Assembly (NCBI GenBank): GCA_052246995.1
Contig: JBQPWD010000006.1
Span: forward strand, 32,001-96,000
Length of the DNA: 64,000 bases
Reading direction: 5' to 3'
Source of the DNA: Candidatus Bathyarchaeota archaeon
GTDB lineage: Archaea; Thermoproteota; Bathyarchaeia; Hecatellales; Hecatellaceae
Shown: positions 29,479 through 39,048 of the stretch, one piece after another
Layout: each line of letters starts with the position of its first letter
Numbering within the stretch: position 1 is the first letter of the stretch
Position numbers and translations under genes: made by a program
The notes under the pieces: model-generated
The model's database searches: none
What the model was told of the DNA's origin: nothing
What the model saw: the letters and a program-made list of their open reading frames with translations, nothing else

Positions 29479-29962
29479 CTTTACACTCCTCTTATTTTAG
29501 CCCTACTATCGTTGTTTTCCTGTCTTTATGTTCAGTTTCTTGATATTTTAGCTTTAACTACCAATATCACATCCAGGAAAAATTTTCACCTGAGTGATGT
29601 TTCTTTTCCAAAGACGGTGAAGATGTGTTTAGGCCTAGGTGGGTTAAATTGGCGTCAAAGTTAGAAAAAACATTGAGTAAGCATGCAGGATTAGAATTAG
29701 AGGTTATGTTCACCAAGGTTTAGGGTTCAAGAACTTTTGGTTGCGTAAAAACTAGTCAAGATTCTAAAAATCTACAATCTTAGAGTTATAAATTTATTGA
29801 GTTGATGAGAGAGAGGGTGATAAATTCATACTTAAAGCTACTAGGTCGTTAAACGAGGCAAAAAGCTTAATTAAAAACTAGTTTGAATTATGTATGTAAA
29901 ATGGAAGGTTACAAACTGTTTAGGAAAAGAAAATAAGGCATGTGGTACTTGTCCATTCCTGT

Positions 29963-30038
29963 GGGGCAGTCGTCTAGCTTGGTCTAGGATCCCAGCCTGG
30001 GGCGCTGGAGGTCGGGGGTTCAAATCCCCCCTGCCCCA
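29963..30038 (+). tRNA. tRNA-Pro(GGG), no intron, CCA not encoded
   Basis: Acceptor GGGGCAG/CUGCCCC, anticodon arm CCAGC-CUGGGGC-GCUGG, T-arm GGGGG-UUCAAAU-CCCCC. Confidence 0.95.
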
Positions 30039-30093
30039 TCAAAAAAAGAATTCCATCCTTTTCGTTTTTAAACAAATTTATGGCTTGTTTTTA

Positions 30094-30426
30094 TTATGTT
30101 CTCCAAGGAAAGAACCAAGGCATTGTTTCTGCGGGATGAGGTACTTGACCCTTCTCTTTGTATGTTTTACGTTTTTTACGCGTGTCCACCTTTAACACTT
30201 GTATAATTTTCCGGTTAACTATAACTCCCTACTTCTCCGAAAAACCTTTATGATGAAGATAACGTTTGAGGCTTGCCTTTACATCTCTAATTCTAATCGC
30301 ATTGTTTGAATCTTCTATGAGCAGTACATTCCCGTTTATTTTGACTGATGTCTTAAGTTTTGACTGGAGAAATTCAGCTAACTCATCTTTCTTATTTTTT
30401 ATTTCACTAACATCTACAGTTATCAA
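30094..30426 (-). pseudogene. eL22 (L22e)-like protein interrupted by an in-frame TAG at 30229-30231
   Basis: ITVDVS...LAEFL...LKRYLHHKG resembles eL22; frame stays open 44 codons past the TAG (GVIVNRKIIQV...PWFFPWRT*). Confidence 0.55.
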
Positions 30427-30616
30427 AAATCTTCCTTACAAAAGAATATTAAATTAGAAACCAATAAGGATGTTGTTTGTACAGTAAAGCAAGAAAGGTA
30501 GGAACATGTTTTATCATAGTAGTTATGTCGAAAACAGAATTCTAAAGGTTTAAAGAAGCAACTTTACATTCAAATGGCATAAAAATGCCTATAGTTTCCT
30601 AGAAAAAGTTTAATCT

Positions 30617-31195
30617 TTATCTAATCAACCCTAACGTTGGTTGAATGTTTAGAAAAATTGAGGTTAAACGTTTAAAGTCTAGTTTCTCATAGTTTGTTAA
30701 ACATCCACCAACAGCGAAGGTATATTCAGAGTTCCAAACAATTTTCTGCTCCAAAAACCTGTTAAGCTTTTCTGAGTCTAAACCTACAGCCGTAAAAGAA
30801 TATCTCATCTCCTCCGGATGGATACAAGGCTTACCATCTTCAGCCTTACACCTTTCACAAAGCCTACATTGACCAGCTATAAAACATGTTCCATTAAGCT
30901 CTTTTTCGATTTTTTTACCATACTCATAGGTTAATTTAGCTAAAAACTCCCAGTTTTCTTTGGTTCTACCGTAAACATAAAATAGGTAGACTAAAACGTT
31001 TTTATGTGGAAACTGGTTTATTGTTGGCGCAAAAGGTGGACATGCATAGTTTTTACCGTAGTTTGACTTGTCAACCCTACATCTTTCTCTTACAGTTTCA
31101 TCCGTAATCAAACTCTTTTCCACAAGTAGAAGTTCATAACCTACTTTTCTACCAAACCTAAAAAATTCACCTTTATAACGCTGGTTTACAGCCAT
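30617..31195 (-). CDS. DUF2284-family metal-binding protein
   Basis: NYGKNYACPP, AGQCRLCERC, CIHPEEMRYS. Confidence 0.8.
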   Translation of the reverse strand: MAVNQRYKGEFFRFGRKVGYELLLVEKSLITDETVRERCRVDKSNYGKNYACPPFAPTINQFPHKNVLVYLFYVYGRTKENWEFLAKLTYEYGKKIEKELNGTCFIAGQCRLCERCKAEDGKPCIHPEEMRYSFTAVGLDSEKLNRFLEQKIVWNSEYTFAVGGCLTNYEKLDFKRLTSIFLNIQPTLGLIR

Positions 31196-31434
31196 ACCTA
31201 TAATTAAAGATTATCAATTTTAATAACTTACAAGTTAACTGTAAAGGGCTACTTTGAAGCGTTAAAACATTAGGACGCCAACTATGGTTGCCGTGAAAGT
31301 GGTAGTAGCATGTTTCTGCGTTTCTACTCTAAGATGTAAGTAGAATGAGAATCTAGACTAGAAAACTTAACGTAACTGAAGAAAAGATTCATTAAAAACG
31401 TCTGGTTAACATTAATTCTGAGGAGAATACTTGT

Positions 31435-31935
31435 ATGAGTACTGATGATGTTGTTAAAAAAGTAGGTGACCTAGCCTATTACTATGAGCTTACATATCAT
31501 GGATGTTCACAATGTGTACTAAAGGCTATACAAGATAGTTTGAATGTTGGGGATAACTTAACATTTAAGGCTGCAACAGCATTTGCTGGTGGAATTGCAA
31601 GAGCCGGAGAGGAATGTGGAGCGTTAATGGGGGGAGTTATGGCTATTAGCGTAGTTTATGGAAGGGATAGGCTGGAGGAAACAACAGTATCTGAGGGATA
31701 CCTCAAGGCGATGGAGCTATCAATAAGACTATACGAGGAATTTAAAAAGGAATTTGGAAGCGTAAAGTGTCGCAATATTCAAGAAAAACTATTTGGAAGA
31801 AGCTTTAACCTTAGAAGTGAAGAGGATAGAATGAAGTTTAAAGAAGCAGGAGCATATGGACCATCAGGATGTGCTCAAGTAGTAAGGAAGGGAGCAATGC
31901 TAGCCGCCAAGATAATTTTAGAAAATTTAAAATAA
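31435..31935 (+). CDS. C-GCAxxG-C-C family redox protein
   Basis: GCSQCV, GGIA...ECGALMGG, GSVKC, final C. Confidence 0.88.
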   Translation: MSTDDVVKKVGDLAYYYELTYHGCSQCVLKAIQDSLNVGDNLTFKAATAFAGGIARAGEECGALMGGVMAISVVYGRDRLEETTVSEGYLKAMELSIRLYEEFKKEFGSVKCRNIQEKLFGRSFNLRSEEDRMKFKEAGAYGPSGCAQVVRKGAMLAAKIILENLK

Positions 31936-31960
31936 CCGTTACAAGAAACACTTTATATTG

Positions 31961-32200
31961 CTATTTAAGGATTCCTGCATGTAAAAGTACGTAGAAAATG
32001 TAAATTATTCCAGCTATTATTAGTATTGGTGAGGTAGCAATCCAAAAGTTATCTTTACGGTAAACCCATAAAAGAATCCAGGGGACATGTTCTAAACGTA
32101 TTGAAGGCAAATATTTGGCAATTATTGGAACTACAATAAAAACTATACCGAGCAGGATAAGGAAAAAACCTAAACCAATAAAAAGCTTCTCCGAAGACAT
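31961..32200 (-). CDS. Small two-TM membrane protein (DUF2905-like)
   Basis: Two hydrophobic helices separated by PWILLWVYRKDNFWIATSP. Confidence 0.65.
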   Translation of the reverse strand: MSSEKLFIGLGFFLILLGIVFIVVPIIAKYLPSIRLEHVPWILLWVYRKDNFWIATSPILIIAGIIYIFYVLLHAGILK

Positions 32201-32396
32201 TTTCCATCCTCAAACGTTAATAACCTAAACTCCATTACATACTATGTAGTACTTTGAAATAAATAGTAATAGGTCGTACTTTTAAACAAACGGAGTACTA
32301 AAGCTTATGTAAACTGGTTTTGAGGGGTATTTGGGTTTACTGTAAATTTAGCCAGTTAAGTTTTGGTTTAGAAAGCTACAAAAGATTTCTTTGTTT

Positions 32397-34061
32397 TTAT
32401 GTTTCACTTTTAACTTGTTTTTCATAGATTTCCTTTATTCTATTTATCGTATCTATCTCTTCCGGCGTTTTATCCCATCTAATTTTTTTTATTCTTGGAA
32501 ACCTTAGCGAGTAGCCGCTTGGGTAAGATGGGGATTTTTGCACCTCTCCAAACGCAACCTCAACAACAATTTTAGGTTGAACTATAAGTTTTCTACCCTC
32601 ATCTTTAACAGTTATACTTTTAAAAAGCTTTGTCATCTCCTCAATTTCCTTATCAGTTAAACCACAGTAAGCTTTAGCCACAGGAATAAGTCTACCATTC
32701 TCATCTTTAGCTGCAAAAGTATAGTCAGATAAAACTTTAGCTCTTTTTCCATGCCCATACTCTACAGCAACAACTACAAGGTCTAAAGTTTCAGCTTCAC
32801 CCTTAAATTTAAGCCAGCCTAAACCTCTCCTACCAAGAGTATATTTTGAGCTTGGATCTTTAATCATTAAACCTTCAAAGCCTTGTTTTAAAGCTTCTTC
32901 AAAAAATTTTTTAGCTTCCTCAACATTTGATGTCAAAATACCCCTAGAAACTTCAACGTATCTGCTTGAACTAAAAACCTCCTCAAGCCTTTTTCTTCTC
33001 TCGACCAGGGGTAGGTCAATCAGGGAGACGCCATCTAAATATAGTAGGTCAAAAATGTAAAGCTTGACAGGAATAAGTTTAGCGTACTCTTCAACATCAT
33101 ACTTTCTTCTTAATCTTCTAATAAGATACTGGTAAGCTTTAGGCTTTCTTTCAAAAGGTACAACTTCACCATCCAGGATAAAGGAGTGAGGTGTATTTTT
33201 AACCTCTTCAACAATTTCAGGTAAAGATAAAGTGACGTCTTCACATCTTCTAGTAAAAATTTTAACTAAACCATCCTCACCTTTATGTACGGTTAACCTT
33301 GCCCCGTCATACTTAAACTCAAAAAAAGCCTTACCATACCTTTCAAAACCATTCTCCAACCTTTCAGCTGTTTCCGCAAGCATATGTTTAACAGGTATTC
33401 CAGGCTTAATGTTAAGCTTTTCAAGCATTGTAGGATTGGCTTTTGCAAGCTGTGCAACATAACCTATATCGGATGTTACCATGTAAGCTCTTTTAACAAG
33501 GTCTAAGTTAACTGTAAAGGCTTTTGAAATAGATTCTTCAAGCAACCCCTCCTTAAAACCATACCTCATCTCTCCAGTAACAATTTTAACTATAAATTTT
33601 GCTTCTTCAGGCGAAGCTTTACCCAGCAAGTTTACTATAATTTTCTGCTTCCTTTTTAAGGAACTTTCACCTTTAATCTCAGCAATTTCCAGTAAAGTAT
33701 TGTATGTTTCTTCAACAGTTAAAGGCGTCACATCCAAGCTTAACATACCAACCTTACGCTTAACCTTAAAAACATGTTCAGCAGCCAATCCCAGATCACC
33801 AAACGTGTTATAAGCCTCCACCAGCTTATCCTCACTTACATTAGCAGCCTTTAAAATACAGCCCCATAACGTTGACCATCCAACATCCAAATCCTTCGAG
33901 GAATACTCAGGAAAAATGCTTCCTTTAAGCATGTAACAAACAGCTGATAAAAGTTCTTCAGGAGTATTCTTTAAAAATTCAGCTACAACATCAACTTTTC
34001 TAAGCTTTTCGGAGAAACTTGCAACTTTGCTGTAAACATCTACAAGCGTTCTAAGCAACAT
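32397..34061 (-). CDS. lig: ATP-dependent DNA ligase
   Basis: EFKYDGAR, LDGE, FDLLY, EGLMIK, WLKFK, SLRFPR. Confidence 0.97.
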   Translation of the reverse strand: MLLRTLVDVYSKVASFSEKLRKVDVVAEFLKNTPEELLSAVCYMLKGSIFPEYSSKDLDVGWSTLWGCILKAANVSEDKLVEAYNTFGDLGLAAEHVFKVKRKVGMLSLDVTPLTVEETYNTLLEIAEIKGESSLKRKQKIIVNLLGKASPEEAKFIVKIVTGEMRYGFKEGLLEESISKAFTVNLDLVKRAYMVTSDIGYVAQLAKANPTMLEKLNIKPGIPVKHMLAETAERLENGFERYGKAFFEFKYDGARLTVHKGEDGLVKIFTRRCEDVTLSLPEIVEEVKNTPHSFILDGEVVPFERKPKAYQYLIRRLRRKYDVEEYAKLIPVKLYIFDLLYLDGVSLIDLPLVERRKRLEEVFSSSRYVEVSRGILTSNVEEAKKFFEEALKQGFEGLMIKDPSSKYTLGRRGLGWLKFKGEAETLDLVVVAVEYGHGKRAKVLSDYTFAAKDENGRLIPVAKAYCGLTDKEIEEMTKLFKSITVKDEGRKLIVQPKIVVEVAFGEVQKSPSYPSGYSLRFPRIKKIRWDKTPEEIDTINRIKEIYEKQVKSET

Positions 34062-34268
34062 CTCTTACTCTTCTAAAAATATTAAAGCAAGGTAACGTAA
34101 AACTGTTAAAGCAATGAAAGACAAACTTAAACTAGGAGGTTTGGAAATAAACGTTTCATGTTCTAACAGGAAAAATTAAGATTAACATCAACCATCTATA
34201 AAAATTAGCGTAAACATGTTAAAGTATCTAGGTATTTAGCAAATAATGCATATGGCAGACTAGTAAAG

Positions 34269-35021
34269 GTGTTAAAAATGAATAACAACGCTAAAAAGGT
34301 GAGAATGGAAAGTTTAAAACAAGAGTGGGTTGAAAAATTTAAAACGATATTTTTAAGGTTAAGAGATAACGAAATAAGCATAAGCCAACTTCAAAAAATT
34401 TTAGGTAGTAAAGGTAAGCTAAATCTTTCACCTAACATGGTAAACTTAAACTTAAAAATTTTCGGGTTTAATATCAATTTAACTTACGATTTTCAGACAG
34501 ACAGTTTAAACATTGATTTTGAAGACCTTATCAGCAAAGGTGAAGATTTAAACCATCTACTCTTCACCTATACAAAAATTTTAAATCAAAGGGTTTTAAA
34601 TCCTCCTTTAAACCAAGAAGAAAAATTTACCAGTATATCCATGCTACATGGAGGTTTTACTGCTAAAACTTACGAGAAAAGAATTGTTAACTTTATTGTC
34701 GACGAAGTACCTGATGCAGATAAAACTTTAATGTTAAAGATAAGCAAAATTATGGATGGATACGTTGTTCAACATTTAACAGCAGACTGGGCTTTTGAGT
34801 TGGAAGTATTTAACGGTTTTAGAGTTAGATTAGCCTACTGGAAAGGTGAAAATGGAATACCACCTACTGCATCCATTCTTTACGGGGTTGAAATTTTAAA
34901 AACAGGTTTACCTGTAGAGGATATAATAGTATTAACAGAAATTTTTGTTAACAGATTTGTTGCATGCTACAGAAAGATTACAGGAAAAAAACCAAGAAAG
35001 ATAGAATCGTTGTACAGCTGA
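34269..35021 (+). CDS. Hypothetical protein with DUF3786-like C-terminal domain
   Basis: RVRLAYWKGENGIPPTASILY...LPVEDI resembles the DUF3786 C-terminal pattern. Confidence 0.55.
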   Translation: MLKMNNNAKKVRMESLKQEWVEKFKTIFLRLRDNEISISQLQKILGSKGKLNLSPNMVNLNLKIFGFNINLTYDFQTDSLNIDFEDLISKGEDLNHLLFTYTKILNQRVLNPPLNQEEKFTSISMLHGGFTAKTYEKRIVNFIVDEVPDADKTLMLKISKIMDGYVVQHLTADWAFELEVFNGFRVRLAYWKGENGIPPTASILYGVEILKTGLPVEDIIVLTEIFVNRFVACYRKITGKKPRKIESLYS

Positions 35022-35039
35022 ACCTTAGCTAAGATGAAA

Positions 35040-35543
35040 CTAAACTTTTAATTCTTCACCAACCCTATAAAAAACGTTTTTATGATGGTGAAGAAGAGGT
35101 TTAAAATCTAAGGTTTTAACATGCTCCTCAACAACCTTTCCAACCACCACGTAATGGTCGCCAAACTCTCCACAAAACTCAACAACACCCTCAAGCTGAA
35201 CAGGACACTCCCCTATTCTTGGAGGTTTAACTTTAACACTCTTAACAATTGTAAGCCCGGCTAAGCTAAACTTATCCTGCCTTCTTCCTGAAACTGTTCC
35301 ACAAATCCAAACTTTTTCCGCTAAACTTTCATCTGGAATGTTTAAAACAAACTCTTTAACCTCACTTAAATTTGAAAATGTCAATCTTGAAGGCGCAACA
35401 GAAAACGCAACATATTTGGGGTCAAAGCTTACAGGCATAAGAAAAGAAAATGCAGCCACATTTGGTTTCTCATCTTTACTGCACGTAGTTATTAACCCTG
35501 TAACTCTTGGAAAAATAAGTTTACTAATCCACTCTTTACTCAA
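35040..35543 (-). CDS. Flavin reductase family protein
   Basis: PNVAAFS, EFVLNIP, CGTVSGR..DKF, GDH.VVVG. Confidence 0.9.
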   Translation of the reverse strand: MSKEWISKLIFPRVTGLITTCSKDEKPNVAAFSFLMPVSFDPKYVAFSVAPSRLTFSNLSEVKEFVLNIPDESLAEKVWICGTVSGRRQDKFSLAGLTIVKSVKVKPPRIGECPVQLEGVVEFCGEFGDHYVVVGKVVEEHVKTLDFKPLLHHHKNVFYRVGEELKV

Positions 35544-35654
35544 AGTAAAGCTACCTCCAAGTTTTAAAGGTTAATTGAGCTGTTAGAGAGGCACACTATT
35601 TAGCTATATATATTGTGCCTATCAGAATAATTAGGTATTAAAACAGTAAAAGCT

Positions 35655-36146
35655 TTATGTTAACTTTTCTTCTACATAATGCTTAACTTTAACAGCGACA
35701 CCACGCTTAAAAAGTTTCATTTCCCTCCCAGATAAGATAGCTTTACCCACAGCTAAAATATTATCTTGCTTATCTACAACTACAACCTCATCTTTAGGTC
35801 TAATATTTGTATCAGCCTCATCAACATGCTTAGCAAAAACATCTCCACCCCTTTTAACAAAATCTTTAACCTCATCTTGAACTATAACTCTAAATCTTGG
35901 AGGTTTAAATGTTTGGATAACTCTTTTAAATCCTTCAATTGTTAAATTTAAACTTCCTGTTGTAGGCTTTAGGGTTGCAAGAAGCTTACCATTAAGATAA
36001 ACTTCTCTAACCCTTCCAGTTTTTTTTGAAAATTTTAGAGAAACATCTTCAGGAAAAAGTACTTTCCCTACACCTAAACCAAACTGGTAATCTGCAATAC
36101 CCCTAATCTTTCTTAAAAACCATTCCTTACTCTTAAACCAGTTCAA
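35655..36146 (-). CDS. PUA-domain protein (TGT C2 + PUA; split ArcTGT C-terminal-like)
   Basis: IADYQFG, SKKTGRVR, VFAKHV, IRPKDEV, GVAVKV. Confidence 0.88.
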   Translation of the reverse strand: MNWFKSKEWFLRKIRGIADYQFGLGVGKVLFPEDVSLKFSKKTGRVREVYLNGKLLATLKPTTGSLNLTIEGFKRVIQTFKPPRFRVIVQDEVKDFVKRGGDVFAKHVDEADTNIRPKDEVVVVDKQDNILAVGKAILSGREMKLFKRGVAVKVKHYVEEKLT

Positions 36147-36309
36147 AATCTAATCATCCTTTAATTAAAAGGATCCACTTCACCTTAAAATTTTCTGGTC
36201 ACTGTTAAACGGTAAACTATAATATGATGAAGAAACTAAAACATTAAAAACTGAGAAAAAACAACTGCCTTAAAGTTTAATTAAATTTTAGATTAATGGT
36301 GAAATTTAA

Positions 36310-37818
36310 ATGAAGAATTGGCTTTTAGCCGGAAGGGTTGGTAAAAAACTTTCAAAGGAGGCTTTAGACTTTCTTGTTTCGGATGATGTTGAATGTGATA
36401 AGTTTATTGTTGAGGAGGATATTACTGGAAATGAAGCTCATGTCCTCATGCTGCTTGATAAGAAAATAATATCCAAAGATGAAGCAAAAAAAATACTTCA
36501 AGCTTTAGAAGAAGCCAGAAAATTATATCGTGAAGGCAAGTTTACCCTTAAACCTGAACTTGAAGATGTACACTTAAATATTGAACAGTTTGTTGTTGAC
36601 AAAGTTGGAGTTGAAGTTGGAGGCAAAATGCATACGGGTAGAAGTCGAAATGACCAAATAATGTTGGATTTAAGACTTTACCTTAGGAAAAAAGTTAACA
36701 ATATTTTAGGTCTTCTCTTAAAGCTTATTAGAATTCTTCTGGATAAAGCTGAAAAGAACTCTAAAACAGTTTTACCAGCATATACCCACCTACAACATGC
36801 ACAACCTACAACATTAGCTCACTGGCTTCATGGATATGGTGAAGCACTTTTTAGAGATTATGAAAGAATTAGGGATGCCTACACAAGGCTTTTAAACCTA
36901 AACCCCTTGGGCGCATGCGCAATTGCAGGTACAAGCTGGCCTATTGACAGAGTTAAAACATCCAACCTACTTGGCTTTAAAGATGTTCAGGAAAATTCTT
37001 TTGATGTTATTTCATCAAGAGGTGAAGATGCCGCTGAACTTTTATTCTCCCTAACTCTCACGCTAATCCATCTTAGCAGACTTTCTTCGGATATTATTTT
37101 ATGGACAACTTACGAGTTTAGGTTTGCTGAAATTGACGACTCTTATGCTATGGTTAGTAGTGTTATGCCCCAAAAAAAGAACCCTGATGTCGCAGAGCTT
37201 ATACGTGGAAAGACAGCTTCAGCAATATCCCAACTTACATGCGTTTTAGAGTTGATGAGAGGCCTTCCATCAGGATACTTTAAAGACCTTCAAGAATCAA
37301 AAATCTCAACATTAAAGGTTGTTGATGATTCTTTAAAAATTTTAAGAGTTATGGTTGGGTTTATTTCAACTTTAAAGTTTAATAAGAGTAGAATGCTGGA
37401 GCTTACCAAAGAAAACTTTTCAACAGCCGTGGATTTAGCAGATATGATTGCAAAAAAGACGGGGCTACCTTTTAGGTTAGCTTACAGGGTTGTGGGAGTT
37501 CTTGTAAAAAACAGTCTAAAAGAGGGCAAAAAACCACAAAATGTTACAATTGAAGACCTAAACAAAGCTTCAATCAAGGTTTTAGGTAAAAAACTTAACA
37601 TGGATGAGAAAGAGCTTAAAAAGGTTTTAGATCCTCTAGAAAGCATAAAGCTTAAAACATCACTTGGAAGCCCCAACCCTAGGGAAGTTTTAAGGATGAT
37701 TAGAAAAAGTAGAGTTAGGCTTAGAATAGAGGAGAAAAATTTAAAAGAGGAGGTTAAACGGTTAAACGTGGTTGAAGAAGAACTTCAGAAGCTTGTATCA
37801 AAAGTTGCCATGGAGTAA
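36310..37818 (+). CDS. argH: Argininosuccinate lyase
   Basis: HTGRSRNDQ, YTHLQHAQP, SSVMPQKKNPD. Confidence 0.96.
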   Translation: MKNWLLAGRVGKKLSKEALDFLVSDDVECDKFIVEEDITGNEAHVLMLLDKKIISKDEAKKILQALEEARKLYREGKFTLKPELEDVHLNIEQFVVDKVGVEVGGKMHTGRSRNDQIMLDLRLYLRKKVNNILGLLLKLIRILLDKAEKNSKTVLPAYTHLQHAQPTTLAHWLHGYGEALFRDYERIRDAYTRLLNLNPLGACAIAGTSWPIDRVKTSNLLGFKDVQENSFDVISSRGEDAAELLFSLTLTLIHLSRLSSDIILWTTYEFRFAEIDDSYAMVSSVMPQKKNPDVAELIRGKTASAISQLTCVLELMRGLPSGYFKDLQESKISTLKVVDDSLKILRVMVGFISTLKFNKSRMLELTKENFSTAVDLADMIAKKTGLPFRLAYRVVGVLVKNSLKEGKKPQNVTIEDLNKASIKVLGKKLNMDEKELKKVLDPLESIKLKTSLGSPNPREVLRMIRKSRVRLRIEEKNLKEEVKRLNVVEEELQKLVSKVAME

Positions 37819-37923
37819 GTAATGTTTCAATCCGGCAGTAAAGTTAATTAGGACTAAGCTTTAAGGAAAGTTTAAATTCTAAACTTCAAATTTTTTTAGG
37901 AGGGTTACAAGTTTCCAGCAAAC

Positions 37924-39039
37924 ATGGTTAAAGAAAAAGTTAGAAAAGCTATCCTTGTACTTGAAGATGGCACAATAATTACTGGTTATGGTTTTGGCTC
38001 AACTTCTAAAGTTTATGGGGAGGTTGTTTTTAATACTGGAATGGTTGGTTATGTTGAATCTATAACAGACCCATCTTACCATGGACAAATTCTTGTTCAA
38101 ACATACCCGTTAATAGGTAACTATGGAGTTTGTCCTGAACATTTTGAATCAGATAAACCCAAGATTGCAGGATACGTTATTAGGGAGTTATGTTTAGAAC
38201 CAAACCACTGGGCTTCAAGAAAAACACTGGATGAATGGCTTACAGAAAACGGGATACCTGGAATCTACGGGGTTGATACTAGAATGCTCACAAAAAAACT
38301 TAGAGTTAAAGGGGTTATGCTTGGAATTTTGCAGGTTTATGAGCATAATGAAGATATTGACGTAGAAAAACTTGTTAGAGAGGCTAAAAACATACCTGAC
38401 CCCAATAAAAGAGACCTTGCAAAAGAAGTTTCAACCAGACATGTCATCAAACATAACGTTAACGGAAAGTGTAATATTGCGCTTATAGATTGCGGAGTTA
38501 AAAGAAGTATTATAGAAAATCTATTAACTAGAGGTTTAAACGTAATCCAGTATCCAATAGAAACCCCTGCAGATGTCATAATTTCAGATAAGCCTAACGG
38601 AATACTAATATCCAATGGTCCTGGAGATCCTAAAATGGTGCCATACCTTTTTAAAAATGTAGCAAAGCTTATTGAAACAGGAATTCCTATCTTCGGCATA
38701 TGTCTGGGAAGCCAGGTTTTGGCTTTAGCTTTTGGCGGAAATACCTACAAGCTTAAATTTGGGCATAGGGGTCAAAATCACCCTGTACTAGATTTAAATG
38801 ATGGAGTAAGATGTTATATTACAAGTCAAAATCATGGTTATGCAATAGACCCCTACAGCCTTCCTTTTGATATTAAAATTACGTTTATAAACGCTAACGA
38901 TAAAACTGTTGAAGGAATTAGACACAAAAGTTTACCAGTTTTTGCAGTTCAGTTTCATCCTGAAGCCTCGCCTGGACCTTATGATACAGACTTTTTCTTT
39001 GATGAGTTTGTAAGGGAAGTTAAAAAGTTTGGGGGGTAA
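37924..39039 (+). CDS. carA: Carbamoyl-phosphate synthase small subunit
   Basis: GEVVFNTGMVGY, SNGPGDP, GICLG, FGHRGQNHP, QFHPE. Confidence 0.97.
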   Translation: MVKEKVRKAILVLEDGTIITGYGFGSTSKVYGEVVFNTGMVGYVESITDPSYHGQILVQTYPLIGNYGVCPEHFESDKPKIAGYVIRELCLEPNHWASRKTLDEWLTENGIPGIYGVDTRMLTKKLRVKGVMLGILQVYEHNEDIDVEKLVREAKNIPDPNKRDLAKEVSTRHVIKHNVNGKCNIALIDCGVKRSIIENLLTRGLNVIQYPIETPADVIISDKPNGILISNGPGDPKMVPYLFKNVAKLIETGIPIFGICLGSQVLALAFGGNTYKLKFGHRGQNHPVLDLNDGVRCYITSQNHGYAIDPYSLPFDIKITFINANDKTVEGIRHKSLPVFAVQFHPEASPGPYDTDFFFDEFVREVKKFGG

Positions 39040-39048
39040 AAGGTTCAA

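Noticed and set aside
19999-29962. Integrated element between tRNA-Leu and tRNA-Pro
   Set aside because: No integrase/transposase and no duplicated tRNA 3' end (att) seen; content is metabolic
29890-30195. 101-aa ORF
   Set aside because: Reads through tRNA-Pro and antisense to the eL22-like tail; spurious
36224-36254. ATGATGA...CTGA C/D-box-like pair
   Set aside because: Only 31 nt, A-rich, no internal D'/C' boxes or guide-like sequence; lies in the argH promoter region
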